This document shows, piece by piece, positions 27,824 through 38,915 of a stretch of DNA of 43,797 nucleotides. Source of the stretch: Planctomycetota bacterium (GTDB lineage Bacteria; Planctomycetota; UBA11346); the NCBI GenBank assembly GCA_038213805.1, contig JBBQSO010000043.1, positions 1-43,797 on the forward strand, read 5' to 3'. Each line of letters begins with the position of its first letter. The first letter of the stretch is position 1. The position numbers were made by a program, and so were the translations under genes. The notes under the pieces were generated by a model that saw nothing but the letters and a program-made list of their open reading frames with translations, was not told the DNA's origin and ran no database searches.

Positions 27824-29359
27824 ATGGCCCTGCAATCCCGACCCGACGATTTCCGCTCCGTGCTCGCCTCGGTCGACAGCCAGGGCCGCCGGCAGTGGCT
27901 GTACGTGCACGCCATCGGCGGGGTGTGGCGGCGGCGGCGGGCGTTGGTCGCGGTGGTGCTGATCGGCTTCTTCCTGGCTCTGCCGCACGTTTCGGTGGGT
28001 GGCATGCCCGCGCTGCTGATCGACATCCCGCAGCGCCGCTTCACCATCGCTGGGCACATCTTCTGGCCGCAGGACTTCATCTATCTGCTGCTCTTCGTGC
28101 TGATCGCCATCGTCGCCACGGCGCTGACCGTGGCGCTGGTCGGGCGCTTCTTCTGCGGCTGGCTGTGCCCCCACAATGTCTTCCTGGAGATGGTCTACAG
28201 GCCGCTCGAGCGGCTGGTGGAGGGTGTCGCGGTCAAACGCCGCCGCCGCGACCAGGATGGCGGCGACGCCAGTCGCCTGGTGCGCAAGGCGGTCAAGTGG
28301 GTGGCCTTCCTGGCGGTGACGGTGGTGCTGGCCAACACCATGACCGCGCTGTTCACCGGCGTGGAGGCCTTCCGCTGGGGCTTCGTCCTGGATGTCGCTG
28401 CGCACCCGGATGCAGCGATCTTTTGGGCGCTGTTCGCCGGCGCGGTGCTGTTCAACTTCGCCTGGTTCCGCGAACAGACCTGCACCATCGTCTGCCCCTA
28501 CGGCCGCCTGCAGTCGGCAATGCTCGATCCGCACTCGCTGGTCCCCGCCTACGACCCGCGCCGCGGTGAACCGCGTGGCAAGCTGCGCGGCGAGGCACGC
28601 ACGGCAGCCAGATCCGCGATCGGCGCCGCGGCGTCCGCACCGCGCGCGGCGGTCTTCACGCCGCCGGGCGACCTCGCGCCAGCAGCGGAATCGGCCGCGC
28701 ACCAGCCCATCGCCCTCGGCGCGGCGACCGCGACTGCCACGCTCGGCGACTGCGTCGACTGCGGCCTGTGCGTGGCGGTCTGTCCGACCGGCATCGACAT
28801 CCGCAACGGCAGCCAGCTGGAGTGCATCCACTGCGCGGCCTGCGTCGACGCCTGCGACCAGGTCATGACCCGCGTCGGCCGCCCGAAGGGCCTGATCGCC
28901 TACCGCAGCGAGGAGGAGCTCGCCGGCCGCCCGCGCCGCGTCTTCCGCCTGCGCATCGCGCTCTACGCGGTGGTGCTCGCGGCGCTGCTGGCGGTGACCA
29001 TCATCGGCATCGCCGGCCGCGGCGGCCTGCAGGTGGTGGTGCTGCGACCGCCGATCCTGCCGGCCTATGCCAGCGATGAGGCCGGCCATGAGGTCGTGCG
29101 CCAGCTGCTCGGCCTGGCCCTGCTCAATCGCACGGGTACAGCGCAGTCCCTGGTGGTCGCCTTTCCAGCGGAACTCGGCGCGCACGTCTTCATGCAGGGC
29201 GAGCGCGTCGAAGTGCCTGCCGACGCGCATGTCGAATTCACTCCGGTCATCGACGTGCCGAAGGCGCGCTTCGCAGACGGCGACGTACAAACCGTAATGA
29301 CGCTCACCGATGCCGACGGCGTGTCGACCGCGATCCCCATCCACCTGCGGGCCCCATGA
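27824..29359 (+). CDS. ccoG: Cytochrome c oxidase accessory protein CcoG/FixG
   Basis: GRFFCGWLCP, REQTCTIVCPYGRLQS, YDPRRGEPRG, CVDCGLCVAVCPTGIDIRNG.QLECIHCAACVDAC. Confidence 0.96.
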   Translation: MALQSRPDDFRSVLASVDSQGRRQWLYVHAIGGVWRRRRALVAVVLIGFFLALPHVSVGGMPALLIDIPQRRFTIAGHIFWPQDFIYLLLFVLIAIVATALTVALVGRFFCGWLCPHNVFLEMVYRPLERLVEGVAVKRRRRDQDGGDASRLVRKAVKWVAFLAVTVVLANTMTALFTGVEAFRWGFVLDVAAHPDAAIFWALFAGAVLFNFAWFREQTCTIVCPYGRLQSAMLDPHSLVPAYDPRRGEPRGKLRGEARTAARSAIGAAASAPRAAVFTPPGDLAPAAESAAHQPIALGAATATATLGDCVDCGLCVAVCPTGIDIRNGSQLECIHCAACVDACDQVMTRVGRPKGLIAYRSEEELAGRPRRVFRLRIALYAVVLAALLAVTIIGIAGRGGLQVVVLRPPILPAYASDEAGHEVVRQLLGLALLNRTGTAQSLVVAFPAELGAHVFMQGERVEVPADAHVEFTPVIDVPKARFADGDVQTVMTLTDADGVSTAIPIHLRAP

Positions 29360-29853
29360 GCATTACGCCCGCCGCCGGAGCGCCGCCCGCGCGGCGCTCC
29401 TTCAACCCCTGGCCGTGGGTGACGCTGGTCGCCATCGTGCTGACCGCCATCCCCAACGCCGTGCTGATCGCCACCGCGCGGCGGGTCCGGCCGACCATGG
29501 TCGAGGACCATCCCTATCTGGCCTCGATGCACGTGGACGCGGACAAGGCGGCGGCCACTGCGTTCAGCGACGGCGGCTGGGCCTTCGCGAGCGGCACCGC
29601 TGGTCTGCAGCTTACCTGCTCGCTGACCGTCCCGGCCGGCGCATCGCGGCCGGAGGGCGCCAGCGTGGCGCTCTACCGTCCCGACAATCCCGATCTCGAC
29701 CGCGTGGTGCCGTGGGTGGACCCGGGCTTGCCGCTGATCATCGACCTCGCGCGACCCGGGCGCTGGCGCCTGCTGCTGACCCTGCGCAGCGGCGCCACCG
29801 CGCTGGCCCGCAAGGTGGTGGTCGAGGCGCATGCGCCGCTGGGCGCGCTGTGA
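29356..29853 (+). CDS. FixH/CcoH-like protein
   Basis: PWPW plus TM, V...Y, LYRPDNPDLD, GRW.L.L pattern; overlaps the ccoG stop. Confidence 0.8.
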   Translation: MSITPAAGAPPARRSFNPWPWVTLVAIVLTAIPNAVLIATARRVRPTMVEDHPYLASMHVDADKAAATAFSDGGWAFASGTAGLQLTCSLTVPAGASRPEGASVALYRPDNPDLDRVVPWVDPGLPLIIDLARPGRWRLLLTLRSGATALARKVVVEAHAPLGAL

Positions 29854-30251
29854 TCTCGCTGACCGCAGAGCAGGCGCTGCGCGCGCTGGCCGTGCTCGCC
29901 CGTCACCGCGACGCCCTGACCACCGAGGCCATCGCCATGGCCGCAGGCGTGCCGGCCGGCTCGCTCGCGAAGATCATGCAGGCGCTGGTGCGCGCTGGCC
30001 TCGCAACCTCACAGCGCGGCCCGCATGGGGGCTTCGCACTGACCCGGGCTCCGCAGCTGATCAGCTGCCTCGACGTGGTGCTGGCGGTCGATCCGCCGCC
30101 GCGTGCGCAGGTGCCGGATGGCGACGCGCTGACGAGCCTGATGCTGCGCGCCCGCCAGAGCCAGGAGGAGTTCTACCGTGCCACCAGCCTCGCCGACCTG
30201 GTCAGCCGCGGCGTACCCGAGGCGCACGACGGTCAGCTCACCGGGCGCTGA
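29850..30251 (+). CDS. Rrf2 family transcriptional regulator
   Basis: GTG overlapping the preceding stop; ISLTAEQALRAL...VP...LAKIMQALVRAGL..SQRGPHGGF.L...TSLADL. Confidence 0.9.
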   Translation: MISLTAEQALRALAVLARHRDALTTEAIAMAAGVPAGSLAKIMQALVRAGLATSQRGPHGGFALTRAPQLISCLDVVLAVDPPPRAQVPDGDALTSLMLRARQSQEEFYRATSLADLVSRGVPEAHDGQLTGR

Positions 30252-30266
30252 ATCCGGATGCGTTGC

Positions 30267-31127
30267 TCACTTCGCCCAGCCGCGCTGGGTGAGCCAGAAG
30301 ATCAGATCCTTCGTCCAGGGGTGGCCGTTCGCCAGACCCAGGCCGTGGCCGCCCTTCTCATAGACGTGAAGATCCATCGGAACGCCAGCGCGGCGCAGCG
30401 CGGCGGCGAAGGCGAGGGAGTTCTCGACCTTGACCACGGGGTCCTCCCAGGTGCTCCACACGAAGCAGGGCGGGGTTTCCTTGGTGACCTGCTGCTCGTT
30501 CGAGAGCAGCGTCACCAGCTCCGGCGTGGGACTGCCGCCGAGCAGGTTCGCCTTCGAGCCGCCATGCGTGTCGGGACCCATGGTGATGACCGCGTAGCAC
30601 AGCACGCCGAGATCGGGTCGGCTGCTCTGCTGCTCGATGGGGTCCGCCGATTGCGCGTCGCCGGCGTCAAAGTGGGTGAGCAGGGTGCTGGCGAGATGGC
30701 CACCCGCAGAGCTGCCCATGATGCCGATGCGCTTGGGATCGATCTTCCACTCCGCGGCGTGGGCGCGCACCGTGCGCAGCGCGCGCGCGGCGTCCTGCAG
30801 CTCGACCGGGTGGTGGTAGCCGTGCGAGCCAAGGCGATAGTGCAGGACGTAGCCGGCGACGCCGTGCTCGGCGAGGAAGCGCGCGAAGTTGCCGCCCTCG
30901 TGCGGGTCGGCGAGACCGCCATAGCCGCCACCCGGCAGGATCACCATCGCCGCGCCCGTGGCCACCCCCGGGTCAATGGGGTAGGCGGTCAGGGTGGGGA
31001 TGTCATCGGAACCCTTGCCATGCGCGCCCGGCGCATCGCCCGGCCACAGCGGCACAGGCGTGGGCTCGGCGGCGCTGCCGACGGCGGCGCAGGCGAGCAG
31101 AAGGAGGCCGAGGACGGTGGTGCGCAT
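30267..31127 (-). CDS. Secreted alpha/beta hydrolase (acetyl/feruloyl esterase-like)
   Basis: Signal peptide, PGGGY oxyanion loop, GSSAGGHL nucleophile, DPVV, GHGLG. Confidence 0.9.
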   Translation of the reverse strand: MRTTVLGLLLLACAAVGSAAEPTPVPLWPGDAPGAHGKGSDDIPTLTAYPIDPGVATGAAMVILPGGGYGGLADPHEGGNFARFLAEHGVAGYVLHYRLGSHGYHHPVELQDAARALRTVRAHAAEWKIDPKRIGIMGSSAGGHLASTLLTHFDAGDAQSADPIEQQSSRPDLGVLCYAVITMGPDTHGGSKANLLGGSPTPELVTLLSNEQQVTKETPPCFVWSTWEDPVVKVENSLAFAAALRRAGVPMDLHVYEKGGHGLGLANGHPWTKDLIFWLTQRGWAK

Positions 31128-31231
31128 GGGATCTCGCTGCTGGGGTTTCAGGGACGGAAAGGAACGGCGACCATGACCGGTCGGCGCTGGGGTTCAATAT
31201 CCGGGCGGGATCCCCGGCGGGGCAGGTACGA

Positions 31232-31281
31232 AACAGTCCGTGAGCATGGATAGGCAACAGTTGCCAGTACGCGCGACTGTT
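31232..31281. promoter_or_regulatory. Candidate MocR operator (copy 1)
   Basis: AACAGT 31232, AACAGT 31256, inverted ACTGTT 31276; same geometry as the site at 33789. Confidence 0.6.
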
Positions 31282-31391
31282 CCGATCGACCACCCTCATC
31301 GTGTGGCTGGCAATGTCCCGGCCCGGTGGCTAGTATCGGTTTAACGGTGCGGACAGCTTCCGCCCCCGACGCCCACCTGCCGGAACCATCC

Positions 31392-32303
31392 ATGACCACG
31401 CATGTCCATCTGCAGCGCGCCGCCATTGCCGGCCGCTGCGCCATCATCCTCCTCGCCGTGTTGGCGGTCGTCGCGCCGGCGGCCGATGCGCCGGCGACTG
31501 CCGGACCGGTCACCACCGGTCAGCGCGTGTTCACCTGCGGCCACAGCTTCCACGCGTTCTGGATCAACCCCATCCTGGCCGACATGGCGCAGGGGGCCGG
31601 TATCACCGGGCACCAGACCGTCGGCATCTCGAAGATCGGCGGCTCGCGCGTCATCCAGCATTGGGACGTGGCCGACGACAGGAACGAGGCCAAGGCCGCG
31701 CTACGTGCCGGCAAGGTCGACGTGCTGACGCTGTCGCCGATGCACGTCGCCGACGATGGCATCGACAAATTCGCCGAGCTCGCCCTGCAGGGCAACCCGC
31801 GGATTCGCGTCACCATCCAAGAGTTCTGGATGCCGTGGGACAAGAACGAATGGCCGTTCAAGGGCGACCCGGCGAAGGTCGACAACAACGCCATGACGGT
31901 CGCGGGATTGAAATCGCTGCACGACCCCTACTTCGCTGCGATGGATGCCTACGTGCGCGGCATTAACGAGCGCGTTGGCCACCAGGAGCTGTTCGTGGTC
32001 CCGGTCGGCCAGGCCGTCAACGCGCTGCGCGGGCTGATCATCGCCGGCAAGGTCCCCGGCCTCGAGAAGCAGTCCGACCTCTTCACCGACAAGCTCGGCC
32101 ATCCCCACGCGCCACTCGAGGCACTTGGCGCCTACTGCCACTTCGCGGTCATCTACCGTCGCACGCCGATCGGCCTGCCGCTGCCGGCGGTGCTCGTCAA
32201 CGAGCACCGGCCGCTGTGGGACGCGGCGCTCAACAAGCTCCTGCAGGAACTGGCCTGGGACGCGGTCATCCACCATCCGCTCAGCGGGGTGACCGGGCCC
32301 TGA
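31392..32303 (+). CDS. Secreted hypothetical protein, SGNH-hydrolase-like
   Basis: Signal-like N-terminus, VFTCGHSFH block, VVPVGQA, LFTDKLGHP block. Confidence 0.65.
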   Translation: MTTHVHLQRAAIAGRCAIILLAVLAVVAPAADAPATAGPVTTGQRVFTCGHSFHAFWINPILADMAQGAGITGHQTVGISKIGGSRVIQHWDVADDRNEAKAALRAGKVDVLTLSPMHVADDGIDKFAELALQGNPRIRVTIQEFWMPWDKNEWPFKGDPAKVDNNAMTVAGLKSLHDPYFAAMDAYVRGINERVGHQELFVVPVGQAVNALRGLIIAGKVPGLEKQSDLFTDKLGHPHAPLEALGAYCHFAVIYRRTPIGLPLPAVLVNEHRPLWDAALNKLLQELAWDAVIHHPLSGVTGP

Positions 32304-32306
32304 CGA

Positions 32307-33752
32307 TCACTTGGCGGGTCGGCGGCGTGCCAGTGCCGCTGCCAAGGCGCCGAGCTTGCGCACGGCCGGCTCGTGGGCGTCGTTCCAGCGCGCGGCGCAG
32401 AGGCGGATGAAGTGGCGGTAGCGCAACTTGGCCGAGAACAGCGGGCCGGGCGTGATCGCGATGTGCGCGCGTAGGGCCGCGGCGTAGAGCTCCTGGGCGT
32501 CGACGCCCAGTGGCATCTCGACCCACAGGCAGAATCCGGCGGCGGGCTGGCTGATGCGCGTGCCCTCAGGAAATGAGCGCAGCACCGCCGCCGCCATCGC
32601 GGCGGTGCGCTGGGCATAGGCGCTGCGCGCGCGGCGCAGGCAGCGCTCGTAGGCGCCGCCAGCGAGAAAGCGCGCGGCCACCTCCTGGCCCAGCGGGGAC
32701 GGCCCCACGGCGTTGGTGAACTGCAGGTGCTCGACCGCGGCCTGCCAGCGTCCCGCTGCGATCCAGCCGACGCGCAGGCCGGGCGCTGCGCTCTTTGACA
32801 GGGATGAACACCACAGCACGCCGCCGTCGCGATCGAAGGCCTTGGCCGGGCTGGGCCGGCCATCGTGGTGGGCGAGGTCGCCGAGCACGTCGTCCTCGAT
32901 CAGCGGGATACGCCGCGCGGCGAGCAGGGCGACCAGTTCGCGCTTGGCCTGGTCGCTGGCGCTGCTGCCGAGTGGATTGCTACCGGTCGGCATCGCCACC
33001 ACCGCGCTCACGGCGTGCTCGTCGAGCGCTTCGCGCAGCGCTTCGAGCGAGATGCCATGGCGCGGATGGGTGGGGATCTCGATCACGCGCAGGCCAAGCG
33101 CCTCGATCGATTGCAGCAGCCCGTAGTACATCGGCGACTCGATCGCCACGGTCTGCCCCGCCACGCAGGTCGCGCGCAGCGCGAGGGTCAGCGCTTCGAG
33201 CGCGCCGGCGGTGGTGATGAGGTCCTCCGGTCCGATGCCGCAGCCGAAACCGGCGGCGCGCCGCGCCACCGCCAGGCGCAGCGCCGGCAGCCCGGGCGGC
33301 ACGCCATAGCGCTCGCAGCCGGCGGCGCCCTCACGGCCGATCGCGGCGATGATGCGGTGCAGCTCGGCGCCCGGCTGCAGCGCCGGGTCCGGCATCGCGG
33401 GGCCGAACGGCACCAGGCGGGGATCGAGCGAGTCTTTCAGCACCATCAGCGCGAGCTGGCCAAGCCCGACTGCGGTGGGCACCAGCCGGGTCGACTCCAT
33501 TCCCGGTTCCGGCGCCGCGGTCGGCAGGCGCGCGTAGTGGCCGGACTGGGCGCGCGTCTCGACCAGCCCGCGGCGCTCGAGCAGGTGGTATGCGGCGACC
33601 ACGGTGGTGATGCTGGCCTGCCAGTTACGGCACAGTTCACGCACCGAAGGCAGGCGCTGGCCGGGACCGTAGGCGCCGCTGCGCAGCGCGCGCTCAAGGC
33701 TGTCGGCGATCTCGCGGTAGCGGGTGCCGGCGCGGGTGGCGGGGGTGGCCAT
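32307..33752 (-). CDS. MocR-subfamily (GntR wHTH + PLP aminotransferase-like) transcriptional regulator
   Basis: PGQRLPSVREL...SITTV..AY..LE..G; ESPMYYG, NPLG, IEDDV, SSLSKSAAPGLRVGW (PLP Lys). Confidence 0.95.
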   Translation of the reverse strand: MATPATRAGTRYREIADSLERALRSGAYGPGQRLPSVRELCRNWQASITTVVAAYHLLERRGLVETRAQSGHYARLPTAAPEPGMESTRLVPTAVGLGQLALMVLKDSLDPRLVPFGPAMPDPALQPGAELHRIIAAIGREGAAGCERYGVPPGLPALRLAVARRAAGFGCGIGPEDLITTAGALEALTLALRATCVAGQTVAIESPMYYGLLQSIEALGLRVIEIPTHPRHGISLEALREALDEHAVSAVVAMPTGSNPLGSSASDQAKRELVALLAARRIPLIEDDVLGDLAHHDGRPSPAKAFDRDGGVLWCSSLSKSAAPGLRVGWIAAGRWQAAVEHLQFTNAVGPSPLGQEVAARFLAGGAYERCLRRARSAYAQRTAAMAAAVLRSFPEGTRISQPAAGFCLWVEMPLGVDAQELYAAALRAHIAITPGPLFSAKLRYRHFIRLCAARWNDAHEPAVRKLGALAAALARRRPAK

Positions 33753-33788
33753 GGGCGGGATGATGGCCGGGTGCGCTGGCCTGGAAGG

Positions 33789-33837
33789 AACAGTTGTCGG
33801 AACCCGATACGAAACAGTTCACACGTCCGTGAACTGT
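33789..33837. promoter_or_regulatory. Candidate MocR operator (copy 2)
   Basis: AACAGTT 33789, AACAGTT 33813, inverted AACTGT 33832; ACAGTTCAC-N6-GTGAACTGT palindrome; lies between the regulator and its divergent operon. Confidence 0.7.
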
Positions 33838-33941
33838 CCGGTCCGCCCAGTGCATGCCTGGGTCTGGGCGGCCTGAGGGCGCGCGCTTAGAATCGCCGTG
33901 ATGAGCACCTCCGTCATGCGCATGCCGCCCCTGGTTCGCCT

Positions 33942-34697
33942 GTGATCCCGATCGACCTCAGCGGCCGCACCGCCATCGTGACCGGCGCCAGCCAGGGCCT
34001 GGGCGCCGCCATCGCGACCCTGCTGCACCGTGCCGGCGCCACGGTGGCGATCACCTTCTGGCCGGATGCCGCGGGTGTGAACCTGGTCAATGCCACGCGT
34101 CTTGCGGCGCAGCTCGGCGAGCGCGCTGCGGCCATCCCGGCCGACGTGCGCGACCCGGCGGCCCTGGCGGCGATGGTGGGCGAGGTGCGCGCGCGTTTCG
34201 CGCGCATCGACCTGCTGGTCAACAACGCCGGCATCGTGCGCGACCGCTCGTTCAAGAAGATGTCCGACGAGGAGTGGCAGCAGGTCATCGCCACCAACCT
34301 CACCGGCACCTTCAATGCGTGCCGCGCGGTCGAGCCGCACCTGCAGGACGGCGGCCGCATCGTCAACCTCGCCTCGATCTCGGCCGCGCTGGGGTTCTAT
34401 GGCCAAGCGAACTACGCCGCGGCCAAGGCCGGCGTGATCGGTCTGACGCGCGTGCTGGCACGCGAGCTGGCCAAGCGCCGCATCACCGCCAACACCATCG
34501 CGCCCGGGCTGGTGCTGACCGATATGGGGCTGACCATCCCAGAGGCGGAGCGTGCGCGCATGCTCGCCAACATCCCGCTCGGTCGCTTCGGTGAGCCCGA
34601 CGACATCGCCAACGCGGTGCTATTCCTGGGCAGCGATCTCGCCGCCTACGTCACCGGTCAGACGGTGCACGTCAACGGTGGCTGGTTTCCGTCATGA
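33942..34697 (+). CDS. SDR oxidoreductase, FabG/acetoacetyl-CoA reductase-like
   Basis: TGASQGLG, NNAGIVRD, GQANYAAAKAG, APG, VTGQ...VNGG. Confidence 0.92.
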   Translation: MIPIDLSGRTAIVTGASQGLGAAIATLLHRAGATVAITFWPDAAGVNLVNATRLAAQLGERAAAIPADVRDPAALAAMVGEVRARFARIDLLVNNAGIVRDRSFKKMSDEEWQQVIATNLTGTFNACRAVEPHLQDGGRIVNLASISAALGFYGQANYAAAKAGVIGLTRVLARELAKRRITANTIAPGLVLTDMGLTIPEAERARMLANIPLGRFGEPDDIANAVLFLGSDLAAYVTGQTVHVNGGWFPS

Positions 34698-36255
34698 TCG
34701 CGGTGGCGCCGGCTTCGTCGCCCCTGGCGGGCAAGCTCACTTCCGCGGACGAGGCGGTCGCGCTGATCGCCGACGGCGCGACTGTGGCGGCGGCGGGCTT
34801 CGTCTGCGCCGGGCACGCCGAGGCGCTCAGCGCGGCGCTCGAACGGCGCTTTCTCGCCGGACATGGCCCGCACGGGCTCACCCTGATCTATGCGGCCGGC
34901 CAGGGCGACGGCGACCGGCGCGGCCTCAACCATCTCGCGCACGCGGGCCTGCTGCACCGCGTGATCGGTGGCCACTGGGGCCTGGCGCCGCAGCTCGGCC
35001 GCCTGGCCATCGAGGAGCGCATCGAAGCGTACAACTTCCCGCAGGGCGTGATCTGCCAGCTCTACCGCGACATCGCCGCCGGGCGCCCGGGTTGCATCAC
35101 CCACATCGGGCTGGAAACCTTCGTCGATCCGCTGCACGGCGGCGGCCGCCTCAACGCGCGCACGCCGCCGGCGCTGGTCGAACGCATCACCCTCGGCGGT
35201 GAGCCATGGCTGTGGTACCACGCGCTGCCCATCACCGTCGGCCTGATCCTGGCCTCGGCGGCCGATCCGGCGGGCAACCTGGTGATGGACGACGAGGCGC
35301 TGGTCGGCGACGTGCTGGCGATCGCCCAGGCGGTGCGCGCCAGCGGCGGCGTGGTACTGGCGCAGGTGGCGCGCGTGCTCGACCAGCCGGCGCCGCCGCA
35401 CCGCGTGCGCGTGCCGGGGATCCTGGTCGACCGCGTGGTGGTCGCCGAGGTCGCGGAGCATGCCCTGGCGCACGCCGAGTTGAACGACCCAAGTTACGCG
35501 AGCGCCGCCCCGGCCGGCCGCGCGCCCGGGCTGCCGCCCCTGCCGTGGGATGAGCGACGCATCATCGCGCAACGCGCCTGCGACGAGCTGCGCCCCGGTG
35601 CCATCGCCAACATCGGCATCGGCATCCCCGAGGGCATCGCTGCGATCGCGGCCGAGCGCGGTCTGCTCGGTGCGCTGACGCTGACCGTGGAGAGCGGCGT
35701 GATCGGCGGCGTGCCCGCGGGCGGCATGGCCTTCGGCGCGGCGCGCCACCCGCTAGCAATCATCGACCAGCCGGCGCAGTTCGACTTCTATGATGGTGGC
35801 GGCCTGGACTTCGCCGCGCTCGGGGCGGCGCAGATCGACGGCGCCGGCAACGTCAACGTCTCGCGCTTCGGCACGCGCATCGCGGGGGTCGGCGGCTTCG
35901 TGAACATCTCGCAGACCGCGCGGCGCCTGGTGTTCTGCACCACCTTCACCTCGGGCGGGCTGCGGGTCGCGGGCGGCGCCGACGGCTTGGTCATCGCCCA
36001 GGAGGGCGCGCACCGCAAGTTCGTCGCCGCGGTCGACCAGATCTCGTTCAACGCCGAGCGCGCCCGGCGGCGCGGCCAGGAGGTGCTCTACGTCACCGAG
36101 CGCGCGGTGTTCCGCCTCGGCGCTGCCGGGCTCGAACTGGTCGAGGTGGCGCCGGGCATCGACGCGCGCCGTCAGGTGCTTGACGCCTTGCCGTTCACGC
36201 CCGTCACCACCGCCGTGGCAGTGATGCCCAGTAGCGCCTTCGCCAGGAGCACCCC

Positions 36256-36259
<4 letters not shown>
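34694..36259 (+). CDS. Acyl-CoA:short-chain acid CoA transferase (YdiF/Pct-type, fused alpha/beta)
   Basis: AAGQGDG..RGLNH, IEAYNFPQG, GLETFVDP, catalytic TVESG, QFDFYDGGGLD, GGFVNISQ, YVTERAVF. Confidence 0.93.
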
Positions 36260-37401
<1,142 letters not shown>

Positions 37402-37404
37402 CCC

Positions 37405-38799
37405 ATGGGCGACGTGCTGATCGTGATCGGCGCGCTGGCGCTGCTGGTGGTCGCGGCCTACCGCGGCCACAGCGTCATCCTGATGGCGCCGCTGGCCGCG
37501 CTGCTGGCGGTGCTGTTGACCGCCCCGGACGCGGTGCCCGCGGTCGGCACCGGGCTGTACATGGACAAGCTCGCCGCGTTCGCGAAATCCTACTTCCCGG
37601 TCTTCCTGCTCGGCGCGGTTTTCGGGCGGCTGATCGCGGTCTCGGGTGTGGCCGAGGCGTTGGTCGGCGCGCTCATCGCTCTGGTCGGCGCGCAGCGCGC
37701 GATGCTGTCGATCGTCGCGGTCTGCGCCCTGCTGACCTACGGCGGGGTCTCGCTGTTCGTGGTGGTGTTCGCGGTCCAGCCCTTCGCCGCCGGGTTGTTC
37801 CGCCGCGCGGACATCCCGCGGCGCCTGATCCCCGGCACCGTGGTGCTGGGGGCGTTCTCCTTCACCATGGATGCGCTGCCCGGCACGCCGCAGATCCAGA
37901 ACCTCATCCCGACCACCTTCTTTGGCACTGACGCGTGGGCCGCGCCGTGGCTCGGCACGTGCGGTGCGGTGGTCATCGCGATCAGCGGGCTGGCATATCT
38001 GGAGTGGCGGCGCCGCCAGGCGCAGCGCCGCGGCGAGGGCTATGGCGAAGACCCCGGCGCCGCGGCGGAACCACTCACCGCGCTGCAGCCCATGCACCCG
38101 TTGGTCGCGCTGCTGCCGCTGCTCGTCGTCGGCGTCACCAACAAGCTGCTGACCACGGCCATCCCGCACTGGTTCGGCGCGGTGCACGAGGTCCATCTCG
38201 CCGGGTTGGCGCAGCCGCTGGCCGTGGCGGTGCAGCCGGTCACGGCGCTGTGGGCGGTCGAGGGCGCGCTGCTGCTCGGCATCCTGACGATCGTCGCGCT
38301 GGCGTGGCGCAGAGTCGCGCCGGGAGGTGCCGAGAGCATCAAGCCGGCGGTGGCGGGCGCGCTGCTCGCGACCATGAACACGGCGTCTGAGTACGGCTTT
38401 GGCGCGGTGATCGCGGCGCTGCCGGGCTTCGTGGCGATCCGCAATGCGCTGCAGGGCATCCATGATCCGCTGGCCAGCGTCGCTGTCAGCGTTGCGACGC
38501 TGTCCGGCGTGACCGGCTCCGCCTCCGGTGGGCTCAGCATCGCGCTGGCCGCGCTGGCCGAGCGCTTCCTCGCCGCCGCCCACGCCTCCGGCATCCCACC
38601 CGAAGTGCTGCACCGCGTGGCGGCGATGGCGAGCGGCGGCATGGACACCCTGCCGCACAACGGCGCGGTCATCACCCTGCTCGCGGTCTGCGGCCTGACC
38701 CACCGCCAAGCCTACCGCGACATCTTCGCCATCACCTGCATCAAGACCGCTGCGGTGGGGGTGGTGATCGTCATCTACCAGTGCACCGGGTTGGTGTAA
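37405..38799 (+). CDS. GntP family permease (3-hydroxybutyrate-permease-like)
   Basis: YFPVFLLGAVFG, LTYGGVSLFVVVF, PGTPQIQN, GVTGSASGG, DTLPHNGAVITLL. Confidence 0.9.
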   Translation: MGDVLIVIGALALLVVAAYRGHSVILMAPLAALLAVLLTAPDAVPAVGTGLYMDKLAAFAKSYFPVFLLGAVFGRLIAVSGVAEALVGALIALVGAQRAMLSIVAVCALLTYGGVSLFVVVFAVQPFAAGLFRRADIPRRLIPGTVVLGAFSFTMDALPGTPQIQNLIPTTFFGTDAWAAPWLGTCGAVVIAISGLAYLEWRRRQAQRRGEGYGEDPGAAAEPLTALQPMHPLVALLPLLVVGVTNKLLTTAIPHWFGAVHEVHLAGLAQPLAVAVQPVTALWAVEGALLLGILTIVALAWRRVAPGGAESIKPAVAGALLATMNTASEYGFGAVIAALPGFVAIRNALQGIHDPLASVAVSVATLSGVTGSASGGLSIALAALAERFLAAAHASGIPPEVLHRVAAMASGGMDTLPHNGAVITLLAVCGLTHRQAYRDIFAITCIKTAAVGVVIVIYQCTGLV

Positions 38800-38915
38800 C
38801 CCGGGATGTCAGCCACCAGGGGTCGGGAGGGGGTCAACGCAGTTCGGTTATGAGGCGTAATGCATAGGACTGCACACCCGCATTCCACCCCGTTGTCCTC
38901 TTTCAGGGATTCCGC

